Below are positions 1-8,993 of a DNA stretch of 56,859 bases, in pieces. This stretch comes from a virus (taxonomy: Duplodnaviria > Caudoviricetes). The notes beneath the pieces were generated by a model, which was given only the letters and a program-made list of their open reading frames with translations, had not been told where the DNA came from and searched no databases. The DNA lies in the IMG/VR virus record IMGVR_UViG_3300045973_001145, positions 1 through 56,859 of that record, one strand, 5' to 3'. How positions within the stretch are numbered: the first letter of the stretch is position 1; the number at the start of each line of letters is the position of its first letter. A program made the position numbers and the translations under genes.

Positions 1-11
1 AATTAACACTA

Positions 12-43
12 CAAAGATAGGGAACCTTTCCCGAACCACCAAA
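12..43 (-). promoter_or_regulatory. Bacteroidota sigma-A-type (early) promoter TTTG-N20-TATCTTTG; spacer holds GGGAA/TTCCC inverted repeat
   Basis: Minus strand TTTGgtggttcgggaaaggttcccTATCTTTG; near-identical copies at 1882 and 14371. Confidence 0.8.
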
Positions 44-53
44 CATTTATGAA

Positions 54-203
54 TTATTTTTTACTTATTTTTAAATCAGAAATCACAAATTCATGTTGTA
101 GATTTTGTATATGAATCTTAATTTTTTCTACTCTTTCTGACGATACTGTACTGACTCTCAATACTTCTGTATCTATTATTTTACCCTGAATTACTATTTT
201 CAT
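54..203 (-). CDS. Small hypothetical protein (49 aa), shortened paralog of 1116..1493
   Basis: Hand-translated MKIVIQGKIIDTE..., compared with MKIAIQGSIIETD. Confidence 0.55.
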   Translation of the reverse strand: MKIVIQGKIIDTEVLRVSTVSSERVEKIKIHIQNLQHEFVISDLKISKK

Positions 204-704
204 AATTTTATTTTTTTATTATATTTACAACAATAAACAATAACATTTAATGATTGATATGTTTTTTCTTTACCATATTTAGAATTTTTATACTGATCAA
301 GTAATTTTTCAGCTTCTACAAAATTACTAGATTCAACTGCTTTTTTTATTAATCGAGCATGATTATCACTACGAAGATAAGAAACTTTTAAAATATAATT
401 TAGTAAATCATCATAAATAATAAATACAGCGATTACATCCAACAAAAAAATAATCCAAGTAGTAGTAAGGATATATATATTATAAGCTTTCAAAAACATT
501 TTTACCCCAGCATACAGATATTTTAAATACCAGTCACTTGGAAACATTTTAGAACATTTTAGAATATTCATGATAAGTAATAAAATGATATTTTGACATA
601 TCATCTGAATTTACAAGTAATGTAAATAACAAATACCATATAACACAAGAAACAACACTTAATACCAGAATTCTATTTTTGTAATTTTTTACTGCTTTGC
701 TCAT
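200..704 (-). pseudogene. Membrane protein gene frameshifted by a 10-bp tandem duplication
   Basis: CATTTTAGAA repeated at 545-554/555-564; removing one copy fuses MSKAVKNYKNRILVL... with the 200..604 frame into a 164-aa ORF. Confidence 0.75.
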
Positions 705-721
705 AATAAGTTTTTTAATGA

Positions 722-949
722 TTAATAAACTATTATATTATAATCCATTCCTTCTTCTTTGCTCATAGTATAAAACTTAAAATCGTATCCTTTACTCCTA
801 CACGCTATTCTTAATCTATTAGCAAATTCCTCACCTAAATGATCTGTTTCAGGTTCTACTACTTCAACTTTATCAATTGGAATAGTTAAATATGGTGGCT
901 TTGTTAAAGTTTCATCATATCTACTTATTATACATTTTTTATTTTTCAT
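722..949 (-). CDS. Hypothetical protein
   Basis: ORF track, operon context. Confidence 0.6.
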   Translation of the reverse strand: MKNKKCIISRYDETLTKPPYLTIPIDKVEVVEPETDHLGEEFANRLRIACRSKGYDFKFYTMSKEEGMDYNIIVY

Positions 950-1115
950 TTTAATAATTTAAATGGTTAATTTTTTCAAATCTTTAATAACAGCTTCAAA
1001 AGTGCAAATTTGTGTTGCAATCATAATTCTTATTGCATCAGTAGTAATTGCAACTTTTTTTCTAGCTTCAATTACTTTTTCATAATTTTCTATCAATACT
1101 TCAATTTCTTTCATC

Positions 1116-1493
1116 TTAATAATTTTTAGTATCAAACATTGGAAGTTTTGGTTGATTTTCAGACCATATTTTGTAAATATCTTGTCTCATTCTTTCTAAA
1201 CGAGCTTTATTTTCTAAACGATGTTCAATCTGTAAATTTTGAATTTCATTATACATTTCTTTTTTTCTTTCTTCTGTTTTAATAATTTCATTAAAATATT
1301 TTGCCCTATGTTCCTCACATTTTATTGAAATCTTATTTTCTTCATACATATCAATAGAAACTTCTAAATTATTATCATTGAATGATTCTATTTCAAATAA
1401 GAATTTATTTCTATCATCATTATTTTCAACTATTTTACCAATACAATAAATGTTATCAGTTTCAATTATACTACCTTGAATTGCGATTTTCAT
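1116..1493 (-). CDS. Hypothetical protein
   Basis: ORF track. Confidence 0.7.
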   Translation of the reverse strand: MKIAIQGSIIETDNIYCIGKIVENNDDRNKFLFEIESFNDNNLEVSIDMYEENKISIKCEEHRAKYFNEIIKTEERKKEMYNEIQNLQIEHRLENKARLERMRQDIYKIWSENQPKLPMFDTKNY

Positions 1494-1495
1494 AA

Positions 1496-1852
1496 TTATT
1501 GATTTAATTTGGTTTGTAATTCTTCTATTCTGTTTTTATAATATTCTAATAATTCTTTTTTCTTCTTTAATTCATCAATTAATGATTGTGATTCTAATTT
1601 TTCAGTCCAAATACACCACCAGTAAAGATTAAATGCGCCATAAATTGAGCCACCACAAATTAATGCGAAGGAAATAGTAGCTGTTATTGTTGCTAGTACT
1701 TCATTGTCGAACAAAAACAGAAGTTTAGTAAACATATAAATTACTGTAATTGGTACAATAATAAAAATACAAGCGAGACAATACAATTGATCTTGCGTTC
1801 TCTGTCTACCACTTATAAGACTTTTCCATTCACTAAATGTTAACTTTTTCAT
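1496..1852 (-). CDS. Two-TM membrane protein (start revised to MKKLTFSEW)
   Basis: Two hydrophobic segments; the longer ORF start overlaps the promoter at 1882-1913. Confidence 0.65.
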   Translation of the reverse strand: MKKLTFSEWKSLISGRQRTQDQLYCLACIFIIVPITVIYMFTKLLFLFDNEVLATITATISFALICGGSIYGAFNLYWWCIWTEKLESQSLIDELKKKKELLEYYKNRIEELQTKLNQ

Positions 1853-1881
1853 ATTTGTATTTTTAAGTGTTAATTTCACAA

Positions 1882-1913
1882 CAAAGATAGGGAACATTTC
1901 CCGAACTACCAAA
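1882..1913 (-). promoter_or_regulatory. Bacteroidota-type early promoter
   Basis: TTTG-N20-TATCTTTG. Confidence 0.8.
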
Positions 1914-1942
1914 TATTTTTCAAAAAATTTTATATATATTTT

Positions 1943-2308
1943 ATGAAGAAGAAATTAAAGATATTGATTGTGGAGGATGATTCAGCTTCAGAAATTCTAA
2001 CAACATTAAGAGTGCAAGAATATTCTAAAAAAATATTTATAGCAAAAAATGGTATTGAAGCAGTTGAAATTTTTTCGAATAATCAAGATATAGATTTAAT
2101 ATTTATGGATATTCAAATGCCATTAATGAATGGATATGAAGCAATAATAGAGATAAGAAAAATTAATCAAAAGGTTATTATTATTGTACATTCTTCATCA
2201 AATAATGATAAATATGTATCAATTGAATCTGGCGCTAACGATTATGCATCAAAGCCATCCAGTACATTTATAATTAAATCTCTTATAAAAAAATACTTTC
2301 CTTGGTGA
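1943..2308 (+). CDS. Stand-alone response regulator receiver (CheY-like)
   Basis: ILIVEDD, DLIFMDIQMPLMNG, GANDYASKP motifs. Confidence 0.9.
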   Translation: MKKKLKILIVEDDSASEILTTLRVQEYSKKIFIAKNGIEAVEIFSNNQDIDLIFMDIQMPLMNGYEAIIEIRKINQKVIIIVHSSSNNDKYVSIESGANDYASKPSSTFIIKSLIKKYFPW

Positions 2309-2352
2309 TTATAATTTATAAACTTAATTTCTAATATTTACTACAAATTAAG

Positions 2353-2484
2353 ATGATAGATAAGATAAAATTAGATAAAAACAATAGAATGCTAAGAATT
2401 GGTTTCGGTAAAAATGAAGGAAATTGGTTTTTTAGAATAGATATTTGGTTTGTTGGTTATAGATTTAAAAAAGTCAAAGAGTAA
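2353..2484 (+). CDS. Small hypothetical protein (43 aa)
   Basis: Hand-translated MIDKIKLDKNNRMLRIGFGKNEGNWFFRIDIWFVGYRF... Confidence 0.5.
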   Translation: MIDKIKLDKNNRMLRIGFGKNEGNWFFRIDIWFVGYRFKKVKE

Positions 2485-2546
2485 AACAGCCAAAAATGAG
2501 AGATTTTATTTCAAACACAGGTATGCACAGTCTTTATGAATAAATT

Positions 2547-3293
2547 ATGATTACATTAAAAATTTTACAAAATAAAGTAGAACAAAGAATATCAGATTAT
2601 ATAGAATTTGATGTTAAAGAGTTATTTAGAGTATCGGATTATATTACAATTTATGGTGGTGCTGTTCGAGATAGTATTGCAGGTCTTGAAATACATGATA
2701 TTGATATTTTGTGTATGCCAGATTCTGCACAAAAATTAAGAATTTTTTTAAATGGTAAAGGATATACAACTTTAGATTTATATGATGTAGATTCACTTCA
2801 TATGTATAAAGGTATTTCATTAATATCGGAACCTTGGACACTTATGAATAAAGATAGAAAAATAATTCAAATTATACGTCCAAGATTTGGTGGACCAAAT
2901 AGAAATGGCACAACTTCTGAAATGGAATATCAATTCGCTTATTATAATCTAATAAAGAATGTTGATATTTCTTGCTGTGGAGTTTTTTTAGAAAATTTAG
3001 GAGATAATATTAAATTAAGAGAAGCTTGTGATAAAGCTATAGTTCAATGTTTATCAAAAACTTATATTATTAATGAATGGGCTAAATTGTATAATAGAAA
3101 TAGAACTGATTTTAGAGAATGGAAATTGACTGCGAGAGGATGGAAGCCTTTCACTGGCGAAATAAAAATAATAAGAAAATTGAAAATTATTAATTTAGAT
3201 TTTAAACCTGAATATAATTATAAAATTTGGACTGAAGAAGAATATCTTCATAGAGAAAAATATAGAAAAAATTATGATGATTTACCATTTTAA
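2547..3293 (+). CDS. CCA-adding/poly(A) polymerase-like nucleotidyltransferase
   Basis: YGGAVRDSIAG..HDIDI signature. Confidence 0.75.
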   Translation: MITLKILQNKVEQRISDYIEFDVKELFRVSDYITIYGGAVRDSIAGLEIHDIDILCMPDSAQKLRIFLNGKGYTTLDLYDVDSLHMYKGISLISEPWTLMNKDRKIIQIIRPRFGGPNRNGTTSEMEYQFAYYNLIKNVDISCCGVFLENLGDNIKLREACDKAIVQCLSKTYIINEWAKLYNRNRTDFREWKLTARGWKPFTGEIKIIRKLKIINLDFKPEYNYKIWTEEEYLHREKYRKNYDDLPF

Positions 3294-3296
3294 AAA

Positions 3297-3794
3297 TTAA
3301 ACATTCATAGACTTAGGCAATCTATATCCAAAGACATTAACAAGTCTTGTGCTTTTTTTAGATTTTGACCAAAAATATGGAATTTCAACTGGTTTAAATT
3401 CACCGTTAAAATCTATATTTTTAATAGTTCCATTTTCGTAAATAACTTTTAACTTTCCTGATTTTGGTCTTTTTTTTAGATTAAATCGCCATTGTGTTTG
3501 TTGATCAAGAATAGCTGTTAAAATAAATATTTTTAATTTAGACTCAATGGAATAATTTCCATTACGATTACAATAACCTTTATGAAGTCCATGTAAATCT
3601 CCATATTCTACTTCATCAATAGTTGTTATAAATTCTACATCTTTATCAAATATTTGATATTGAGAATTATTTGGTCCATATATGACCATGTGCTTTATTT
3701 TTGTTCCCTTATAATTTTCATTAATTTTTCCACACGACCACACATTTGTTCCTATATGGACTTTTTTTAATGACGATTTAATTTTTGTTTCCAT
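3297..3794 (-). CDS. Hypothetical protein
   Basis: ORF track. Confidence 0.7.
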   Translation of the reverse strand: METKIKSSLKKVHIGTNVWSCGKINENYKGTKIKHMVIYGPNNSQYQIFDKDVEFITTIDEVEYGDLHGLHKGYCNRNGNYSIESKLKIFILTAILDQQTQWRFNLKKRPKSGKLKVIYENGTIKNIDFNGEFKPVEIPYFWSKSKKSTRLVNVFGYRLPKSMNV

Positions 3795-4242
3795 ATATTA
3801 AGATTTCAAGTTCATACATTAATTTATAAACGTTAACAACTCTGTTGTAACGGGTTGGTACAGGAACATTGTCAATTTTAGTTCCAGCACATAAAATTTT
3901 TCTCAAAAGAATACAATCTTCAGTACAAGACCATTCTATAAGTTCAAATTCTTGATCTTTTAGTTTCTCCCGTATTTTAGCTAACATTTGATCTTTTATA
4001 GGTATCACTTCTTTTTTCATTTCTCTAAATGTTGTGTTGTATTCGTTTTTTACTTTTTTTGGATTTTTACCACTCAACAAAGCTTCTGTCATAGGTACAG
4101 TTATGAAATATGGCAAATCTTCACCTGTATCATCTGAATAAAACCATACTACAAGTCCAGAACTTGTCACTTTTGGCATTATTACAATATTATCATTGTA
4201 TAATTGTCCTAACCATTGTTTTGCTAATTCGATAATTTCCAT
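3778..4242 (-). CDS. Hypothetical protein
   Basis: ORF track. Confidence 0.7.
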   Translation of the reverse strand: MEIIELAKQWLGQLYNDNIVIMPKVTSSGLVVWFYSDDTGEDLPYFITVPMTEALLSGKNPKKVKNEYNTTFREMKKEVIPIKDQMLAKIREKLKDQEFELIEWSCTEDCILLRKILCAGTKIDNVPVPTRYNRVVNVYKLMYELEILIYGNKN

Positions 4243-4502
4243 TATTTTATAGTAATTTTAGTTTTTTCGTGATATTGCTGAGCATCATATCCGGCTATTC
4301 CATTATTTTGGTCAAAATTTGCATCATTTAAATAATAGAATTTACCTTCTGAATTTTGACATTTAACAATATGTCTTGAACCATAATTCCAAATAACATA
4401 TTCACCTTTTGGAAGTCGTTCAACAAGTCCTAAATCGTTTGGATCTTTAGGACCAGCACAACTAATTAAGACAATAATGAGTAAAAATAAAATATATTTC
4501 AT
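4242..4502 (-). CDS. Putative lipoprotein
   Basis: MKY + hydrophobic stretch + LISC lipobox. Confidence 0.6.
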   Translation of the reverse strand: MKYILFLLIIVLISCAGPKDPNDLGLVERLPKGEYVIWNYGSRHIVKCQNSEGKFYYLNDANFDQNNGIAGYDAQQYHEKTKITIK

Positions 4503-4515
4503 AATTAAAATTTAT

Positions 4516-5073
4516 CTAATAACCAATTTTGTTTGCCCATAAACTCCATTCTTCAATCTCTTTTTTTCTAGCCTCTTCAAATTTATTGTTTATTTTTTTA
4601 AAGCCATTTTTATTTCTAACTATATACAGAATTTCAAGGTTCTGACGAAGTTCTTTTAATTTTTCTTTATCAGTATCACTATTAAGTATTTCAATTTCTT
4701 GAGTTAGAATACTTATATTTTCTGAAAAAAATATTTCTTTTTTAGAAGAGTCTAAGTCTTTTATTTTATCTTCAACTTCACTTATTTTTTTGATTTTTAT
4801 TTCTTCTTTATTTACAATATTTGTTTTATTTTCTTTTTCTCTATTGAATAACAATTGCTCTTTTTTTGATAATCCAATTTGCTCTTTTATACTTGTTGTA
4901 TGCCATCCACCACAAAAAAGACAATAGTAACTTCTTTTAGGACTATAACCAGATACCGATTCTATTTCTTCATTGTTGAACTTCATAAAAATTTCTGCTT
5001 TCTTTTCTGTATCAAAAAGCATTTTTATTCTATCGCAATTATTGCAAAATACCTTATTTTTAGTAGGTTTCAT
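4516..5073 (-). CDS. Zn-ribbon-containing hypothetical protein
   Basis: CNNC and YYCLFCGGWH motifs. Confidence 0.6.
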   Translation of the reverse strand: MKPTKNKVFCNNCDRIKMLFDTEKKAEIFMKFNNEEIESVSGYSPKRSYYCLFCGGWHTTSIKEQIGLSKKEQLLFNREKENKTNIVNKEEIKIKKISEVEDKIKDLDSSKKEIFFSENISILTQEIEILNSDTDKEKLKELRQNLEILYIVRNKNGFKKINNKFEEARKKEIEEWSLWANKIGY

Positions 5074-5075
5074 GT

Positions 5076-5309
5076 TTATTTATCTTCAACTTTTGTAACT
5101 ATTGTACACCATTCTGCAACATAAGACCGTTCTTCATCATTTTCTAATCTTACATAGACTTTGTTATTATCCATAACGCCATAACCAATAACTTCAGCTA
5201 ATGTATCTTTATCTTCTTTTTTAAAGTTGAAAAAATCCAATTTTACGGTGTCGCCAATTCTTAATCCATAATAGCGTCTGCGTTCTGCATTATTAAATGT
5301 CTTCTCCAT
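5076..5309 (-). CDS. Hypothetical protein
   Basis: ORF track. Confidence 0.6.
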   Translation of the reverse strand: MEKTFNNAERRRYYGLRIGDTVKLDFFNFKKEDKDTLAEVIGYGVMDNNKVYVRLENDEERSYVAEWCTIVTKVEDK

Positions 5310-5311
5310 AA

Positions 5312-5950
5312 TTAAAATTTATAATTTTTTGTTGGTTTACGACTTTTCAATTGCCATAGAGTATTATTTTTTTCAGCTAAACCTCTATCTAATTTAGCAA
5401 CAGCTTTTTTCAAAACAAATCCTTCGAGCATATCAACTTCGGTAATTTTTTTCCATAGCTCTGAAAAATTTTCATAGAATGTTTTAACTCTATAAATATC
5501 ATCTGTTATTTTATAGAGATAGTCATTTTCACTTTCAGTACCTAATAAAGTGTCAAGAAGTGCAATTCTTTCTTCCATTGTTGTACCAATGAGGTAATCA
5601 CCATTATATACAAGGATGTCAAAAATTACAAATTTATGATTCCAAGGTTTGCCATCAATACCGTTTTTGTTCTTGTTCATATATTCTCCAACAATAACAT
5701 TCCAGCCATCATTACCAAAATTAAGAATTTTAAGTTCAGGTAATTTTAATTTGAAATTTGAAAGATTTTCATTTTGATGCCTACCAAAGTATCTTAATTC
5801 ATCACCTTTGATGTAAATTTCACAGCAAGAACCATTGAGTTTTGGTTGCCCGATATGAGTGCCTTCATATTTACAAAGTTGTTCTGGAGAGATAACATAC
5901 TCTGGCCGAGGTGGAAACATATACCTAAACGACTCATACTTTACTGACAT
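5312..5950 (-). CDS. Minimal ATP-dependent DNA/RNA ligase-family nucleotidyltransferase (start revised to MSVKYESF)
   Basis: QPKLNG (motif I), GEYM, FVIFDIL, EGFVLK, WQLK motifs; no OB domain. Confidence 0.75.
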   Translation of the reverse strand: MSVKYESFRYMFPPRPEYVISPEQLCKYEGTHIGQPKLNGSCCEIYIKGDELRYFGRHQNENLSNFKLKLPELKILNFGNDGWNVIVGEYMNKNKNGIDGKPWNHKFVIFDILVYNGDYLIGTTMEERIALLDTLLGTESENDYLYKITDDIYRVKTFYENFSELWKKITEVDMLEGFVLKKAVAKLDRGLAEKNNTLWQLKSRKPTKNYKF

Positions 5951-5974
5951 ATCAATATGCTTTAAGATTGAGTA

Positions 5975-5982
5975 CAAATGTA
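5975..5982 (-). promoter_or_regulatory. Early promoter -7 box TACATTTG
   Basis: 25 nt upstream of the revised ligase start. Confidence 0.6.
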
Positions 5983-6006
5983 CGGATAGTTTTTGATATA
6001 AAAAAA

Positions 6007-6016
6007 TTAATATATA
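6007..6016 (+). promoter_or_regulatory. Putative late promoter TTAATATATA
   Basis: Motif recurs upstream of about 15 genes. Confidence 0.6.
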
Positions 6017-6022
6017 ATAAAT

Positions 6023-6511
6023 ATGAAATATTTAAAGACTTTTGAAAATAGCTATGAAAGAACAATAGTTTATGAATATGTTTCTGAGCAAAATCGTATT
6101 AAGATTGAAAATTTTGTTCGGGAGTATATGAATAAAGATGAATTTTTTAAAAAAGTTAATCGCTTAAATAAGACTCATTTTGAAAACGATAATTATATTT
6201 ATAGAGATATTTTTAATACAATATTATCTGCAAATAAATATATATATTGGGAGATTGATAGATTTTGTTTGATTAATGATATAAATGAAAGTGCACCAGC
6301 TATTAGAAATACTTTAGTCGGTGTTTTACAAGAAATATATAAAGAATATTACTCTGAATTTAAACAAAAATTAGATGATAAATTAGTATCAATATTTGAA
6401 AAAAATCCAGATGAATATAAATCAAAATATCGTCTTATTTCTCAAAAACTTAACTCAGATGTTAAAAAAAGATGTGAATGGATGTTAATGACCGATAAAT
6501 ATAATTTATAA
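6023..6511 (+). CDS. Putative head-internal protein (MKYLKTFE...DKYNL)
   Basis: Terminal motifs shared with 22627..23106 and 54207..54497. Confidence 0.6.
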   Translation: MKYLKTFENSYERTIVYEYVSEQNRIKIENFVREYMNKDEFFKKVNRLNKTHFENDNYIYRDIFNTILSANKYIYWEIDRFCLINDINESAPAIRNTLVGVLQEIYKEYYSEFKQKLDDKLVSIFEKNPDEYKSKYRLISQKLNSDVKKRCEWMLMTDKYNL

Positions 6512-6515
6512 AGCT

Positions 6516-6776
6516 ATGAAAAATATTAAAAATGTTAGATTGTTTAAGGAAAGCCTTAGTTATTGTGATAGTTGTCATATGTTATCTGATACAAGAATGT
6601 GCAACTTTTGTCAAATTTTAGATATACTTGGTATAACTAAAGAAGAAGATGCTGATAATATTTATGGAAAATTGAAATATTATAAAAATTTCAAAGATAA
6701 AAATTATGCGATAGATTTTATTGATACTCTTAAAATATCAGATGAACAAAAAGAAAAAATAATAGAATTGTTATGA
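6516..6776 (+). CDS. Small CxxC-CxxC protein
   Basis: CDSC...CNFC. Confidence 0.6.
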   Translation: MKNIKNVRLFKESLSYCDSCHMLSDTRMCNFCQILDILGITKEEDADNIYGKLKYYKNFKDKNYAIDFIDTLKISDEQKEKIIELL

Positions 6777-7132
6777 AAAAATATGAAGAATTCAAGAAAA
6801 TGAATGAACTATTAGCAACTACTCCAGTAGATTTGAAGTATGTTGATAGAGAAACTAGTGATAAAGAAATTTTAAGATTAGCTATAATTGGAGAATTGGA
6901 CGCAGTTAGTTTATATGAGCAATTAGCAGAAACAGCAAAGGATGATAAAGTTAAAACCACTTTATTGAAAATTGCTAAAGAAGAAAAAACTCATGTTGGT
7001 GAGCTTCAACAATTATTAAAAGAATTAGATCCTGAATATAAGAAAGAGTTAAAAAAAGGAAAAGAGGAAGTTAAGAAAGATGAAGAAGATGATGATAAAG
7101 ATGATAAAGATAATGCAATTCAAAAAACTTAA
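6773..7132 (+). CDS. Ferritin-like/rubrerythrin-family protein
   Basis: LRLAIIGELDAVSLYEQLA...IAKEEKTHVGEL di-iron ExxH pattern. Confidence 0.85.
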   Translation: MKKYEEFKKMNELLATTPVDLKYVDRETSDKEILRLAIIGELDAVSLYEQLAETAKDDKVKTTLLKIAKEEKTHVGELQQLLKELDPEYKKELKKGKEEVKKDEEDDDKDDKDNAIQKT

Positions 7133-7160
7133 AAAATAATATAAAATAAATATAATTTAT

Positions 7161-7189
7161 AAAAAAAGCCACCTCACGGTGGCTTTTTT
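7161..7189. terminator. Bidirectional intrinsic terminator
   Basis: AAAAAAAGCCACC-tcac-GGTGGCTTTTTT. Confidence 0.85.
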
Positions 7190-7267
7190 CTGCTTATCTA
7201 TTCTGATAGCCAAAATAGACTTTTGAATTTTGGATTAGCATTATCAGTCTTGCATTTATATTCATTA

Positions 7268-7505
7268 ATTATTATCTCATTATATTTGCTTTTTTGGCTT
7301 CTATTATATTATTTATATATTATCTAGTTATTACCTCTTGGGCGGACTATTACATTTCTCCATTTTGTCGTTATTAAGGGTTTATATTTTATCTATATTA
7401 TTATCTCATATCTTACTAATCTAATTTATCTTGCTTTTCTGGCTTCTATATATCTAATTAAATTTATAAGATACCACTGGGCGGACCATTACATTTGTTA
7501 TCCAT
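7268..7505 (-). repeat. Two imperfect ~139-nt tandem units, each with a micro-ORF (MDNKCNGPPSGIL 7464..7505; MEKCNSPPKR 7331..7363)
   Basis: Shared boxes AAATGTAATrGTCCGCCCA, TAGAAGCCArAAAAGCAA, ATGAGATAATAAT. Confidence 0.75.
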
Positions 7506-7542
7506 ATTAATAAATGTTAAAAAGTGAAAATATGCTGTGATA

Positions 7543-7683
7543 TTAAGAGTTCAGTTTATTTTTATTCAACTCTTTTAGTTTATGATTGTAATAAATTGCA
7601 CGAAGTTTATAATAAAAAAGTAAAAATCCGAATGCTACTAATGCGGACAGAACGACAATACCTGCAATAATTAAAAATTTCAT
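7543..7683 (-). CDS. Small single-TM protein (46 aa)
   Basis: Hand-translated MKFLIIAGIVVLSALVAFGFLLFYYKLR...; follows promoter at 7715. Confidence 0.65.
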   Translation of the reverse strand: MKFLIIAGIVVLSALVAFGFLLFYYKLRAIYYNHKLKELNKNKLNS

Positions 7684-7714
7684 ATTAATAGTTTTTAAGT
7701 TTTTTTTAACTCTA

Positions 7715-7722
7715 CAAATATA
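7715..7722 (-). promoter_or_regulatory. Early promoter -7 box TATATTTG
   Basis: Motif match upstream of 7683. Confidence 0.6.
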
Positions 7723-7751
7723 CGGGAAATTTTTGATATAAAAAAGGATTT

Positions 7752-8221
7752 TTAATAATTTCTTGTGACAATTAATTTATATTCTGGATTGTAACGTCTA
7801 TGATTATGTTCACCGCAAGAACGATCTCTTTTTGGTAGTCTGCTTAATTGTGTTTTATGATTGCATATTGGACAGGTTAAAGTGTATTTTTCAAGTCTTT
7901 CTGCGATAACATTAGCATCTTTATATTTTTCTACACCACCACATCTTTGACCATCACCACCAAGTTCAATGCATTTTCTTTTCCAAACATTATTATGATT
8001 GTGACCTTTTGTTAGAGCGTGTGCAATTTCGTGAATAATAGTATCTTTTATTGCTTCATCTGTCATGTCTGGAACAAGAACAGATGAAAGTTCTATTTGA
8101 AATTTGCGATACAGATGCCAAAAGCTCTTTTTCTATTATTAAAGGTTACTTTCCAAGCTATTAATTCTCTATGCTCACTTATTATTGTTTTTGCTAGTTC
8201 TATTGCTTGTTTGATATCCAT
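7752..8221 (-). pseudogene. SprT-like zinc metalloprotease, frameshifted near 8110
   Basis: N-half MDIKQA...NNRKRAFGIC stops at 8093; other frame continues YRKFQIELSS...HEIAH...CPIC. Confidence 0.75.
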
Positions 8222-8261
8222 AAAAAATTGTTTAGAATTGTTTATTACTTTTTCAACACTA

Positions 8262-8269
8262 CAAATATA
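8262..8269 (-). promoter_or_regulatory. Early promoter -7 box TATATTTG
   Basis: Supports the SprT start at 8221. Confidence 0.6.
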
Positions 8270-8273
8270 CGGA

Positions 8274-8525
8274 CTACTTTTGATATAACCTCAACATTTC
8301 TAATTTATTTTTTCTTAAAAATTTTGTTGGTATAGGGAACCATGGCGAAATTGTAGGAGGCATAGTTTTACAAGTTGTACAATGAGCTTGAAAATAATTA
8401 TCATCAATTTCTATTTCATTTACAATAATACAGTTGTACTTGATATACATATCTTTCAATGATTTTTCAATTATACTTGTATTTTTTGATAGATAATCTT
8501 TTAATTTTAATTCCAGATCAGTCAT
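8274..8525 (-). CDS. Hypothetical protein with RKxKL tail
   Basis: Ends FLRKNKLEMLRLYQK. Confidence 0.6.
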   Translation of the reverse strand: MTDLELKLKDYLSKNTSIIEKSLKDMYIKYNCIIVNEIEIDDNYFQAHCTTCKTMPPTISPWFPIPTKFLRKNKLEMLRLYQK

Positions 8526-8788
8526 TACATACTTTCTTGAAATCCTTTATTATGTTTTTCAATCATTTCGCTGATTTTGTTGAGTTCTTCAGCTATAACA
8601 ATTTGATTGCGTAGAATTGCTTCTTGCGATTTTAATGATGTAGCTTGAATAAGATCATTGAGTGTAAATGTTGAACACTTTCTTGCAAGATCAGAACACT
8701 CTTGAGCGTCCTGACTTGCGTTTTCAAAGAAAGATTTAGATATCATTTGTTGGTTTTTTACGAGGAAAGAATCTTCCAATAAAAACAC
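8525..8788 (-). CDS. Hypothetical protein (start uncertain)
   Basis: ORF track. Confidence 0.5.
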   Translation of the reverse strand: MFLLEDSFLVKNQQMISKSFFENASQDAQECSDLARKCSTFTLNDLIQATSLKSQEAILRNQIVIAEELNKISEMIEKHNKGFQESM

Positions 8789-8930
8789 CTAATGCAAATG
8801 CCAAAAGTAGTCCAAATGTGATTGCGACTTTAATTAAAAATGCTGCAAGACTTAGAATGAATGGCACTAATACGAAACCTAAAACAACTGCTGCTAGTAT
8901 GACTAGCAAAATAATAGCAATTTTACTCAT
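8736..8930 (-). CDS. Small two-TM membrane protein
   Basis: Highly hydrophobic ORF after promoter 8963. Confidence 0.65.
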   Translation of the reverse strand: MSKIAIILLVILAAVVLGFVLVPFILSLAAFLIKVAITFGLLLAFALGVFIGRFFPRKKPTNDI

Positions 8931-8962
8931 AATGTATTGTTTTAATTGATTACAATTGACTA

Positions 8963-8993
8963 CAAATATACTAACAATTTTTGATACTACAAA
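8963..8993 (-). promoter_or_regulatory. Bacteroidota-type early promoter
   Basis: TTTG-N19-TATATTTG. Confidence 0.7.

Noticed and set aside
7268-7505. Mini CRISPR array
   Set aside because: Only two units made of three short boxes with irregular spacing; no 25-45 nt identical repeat
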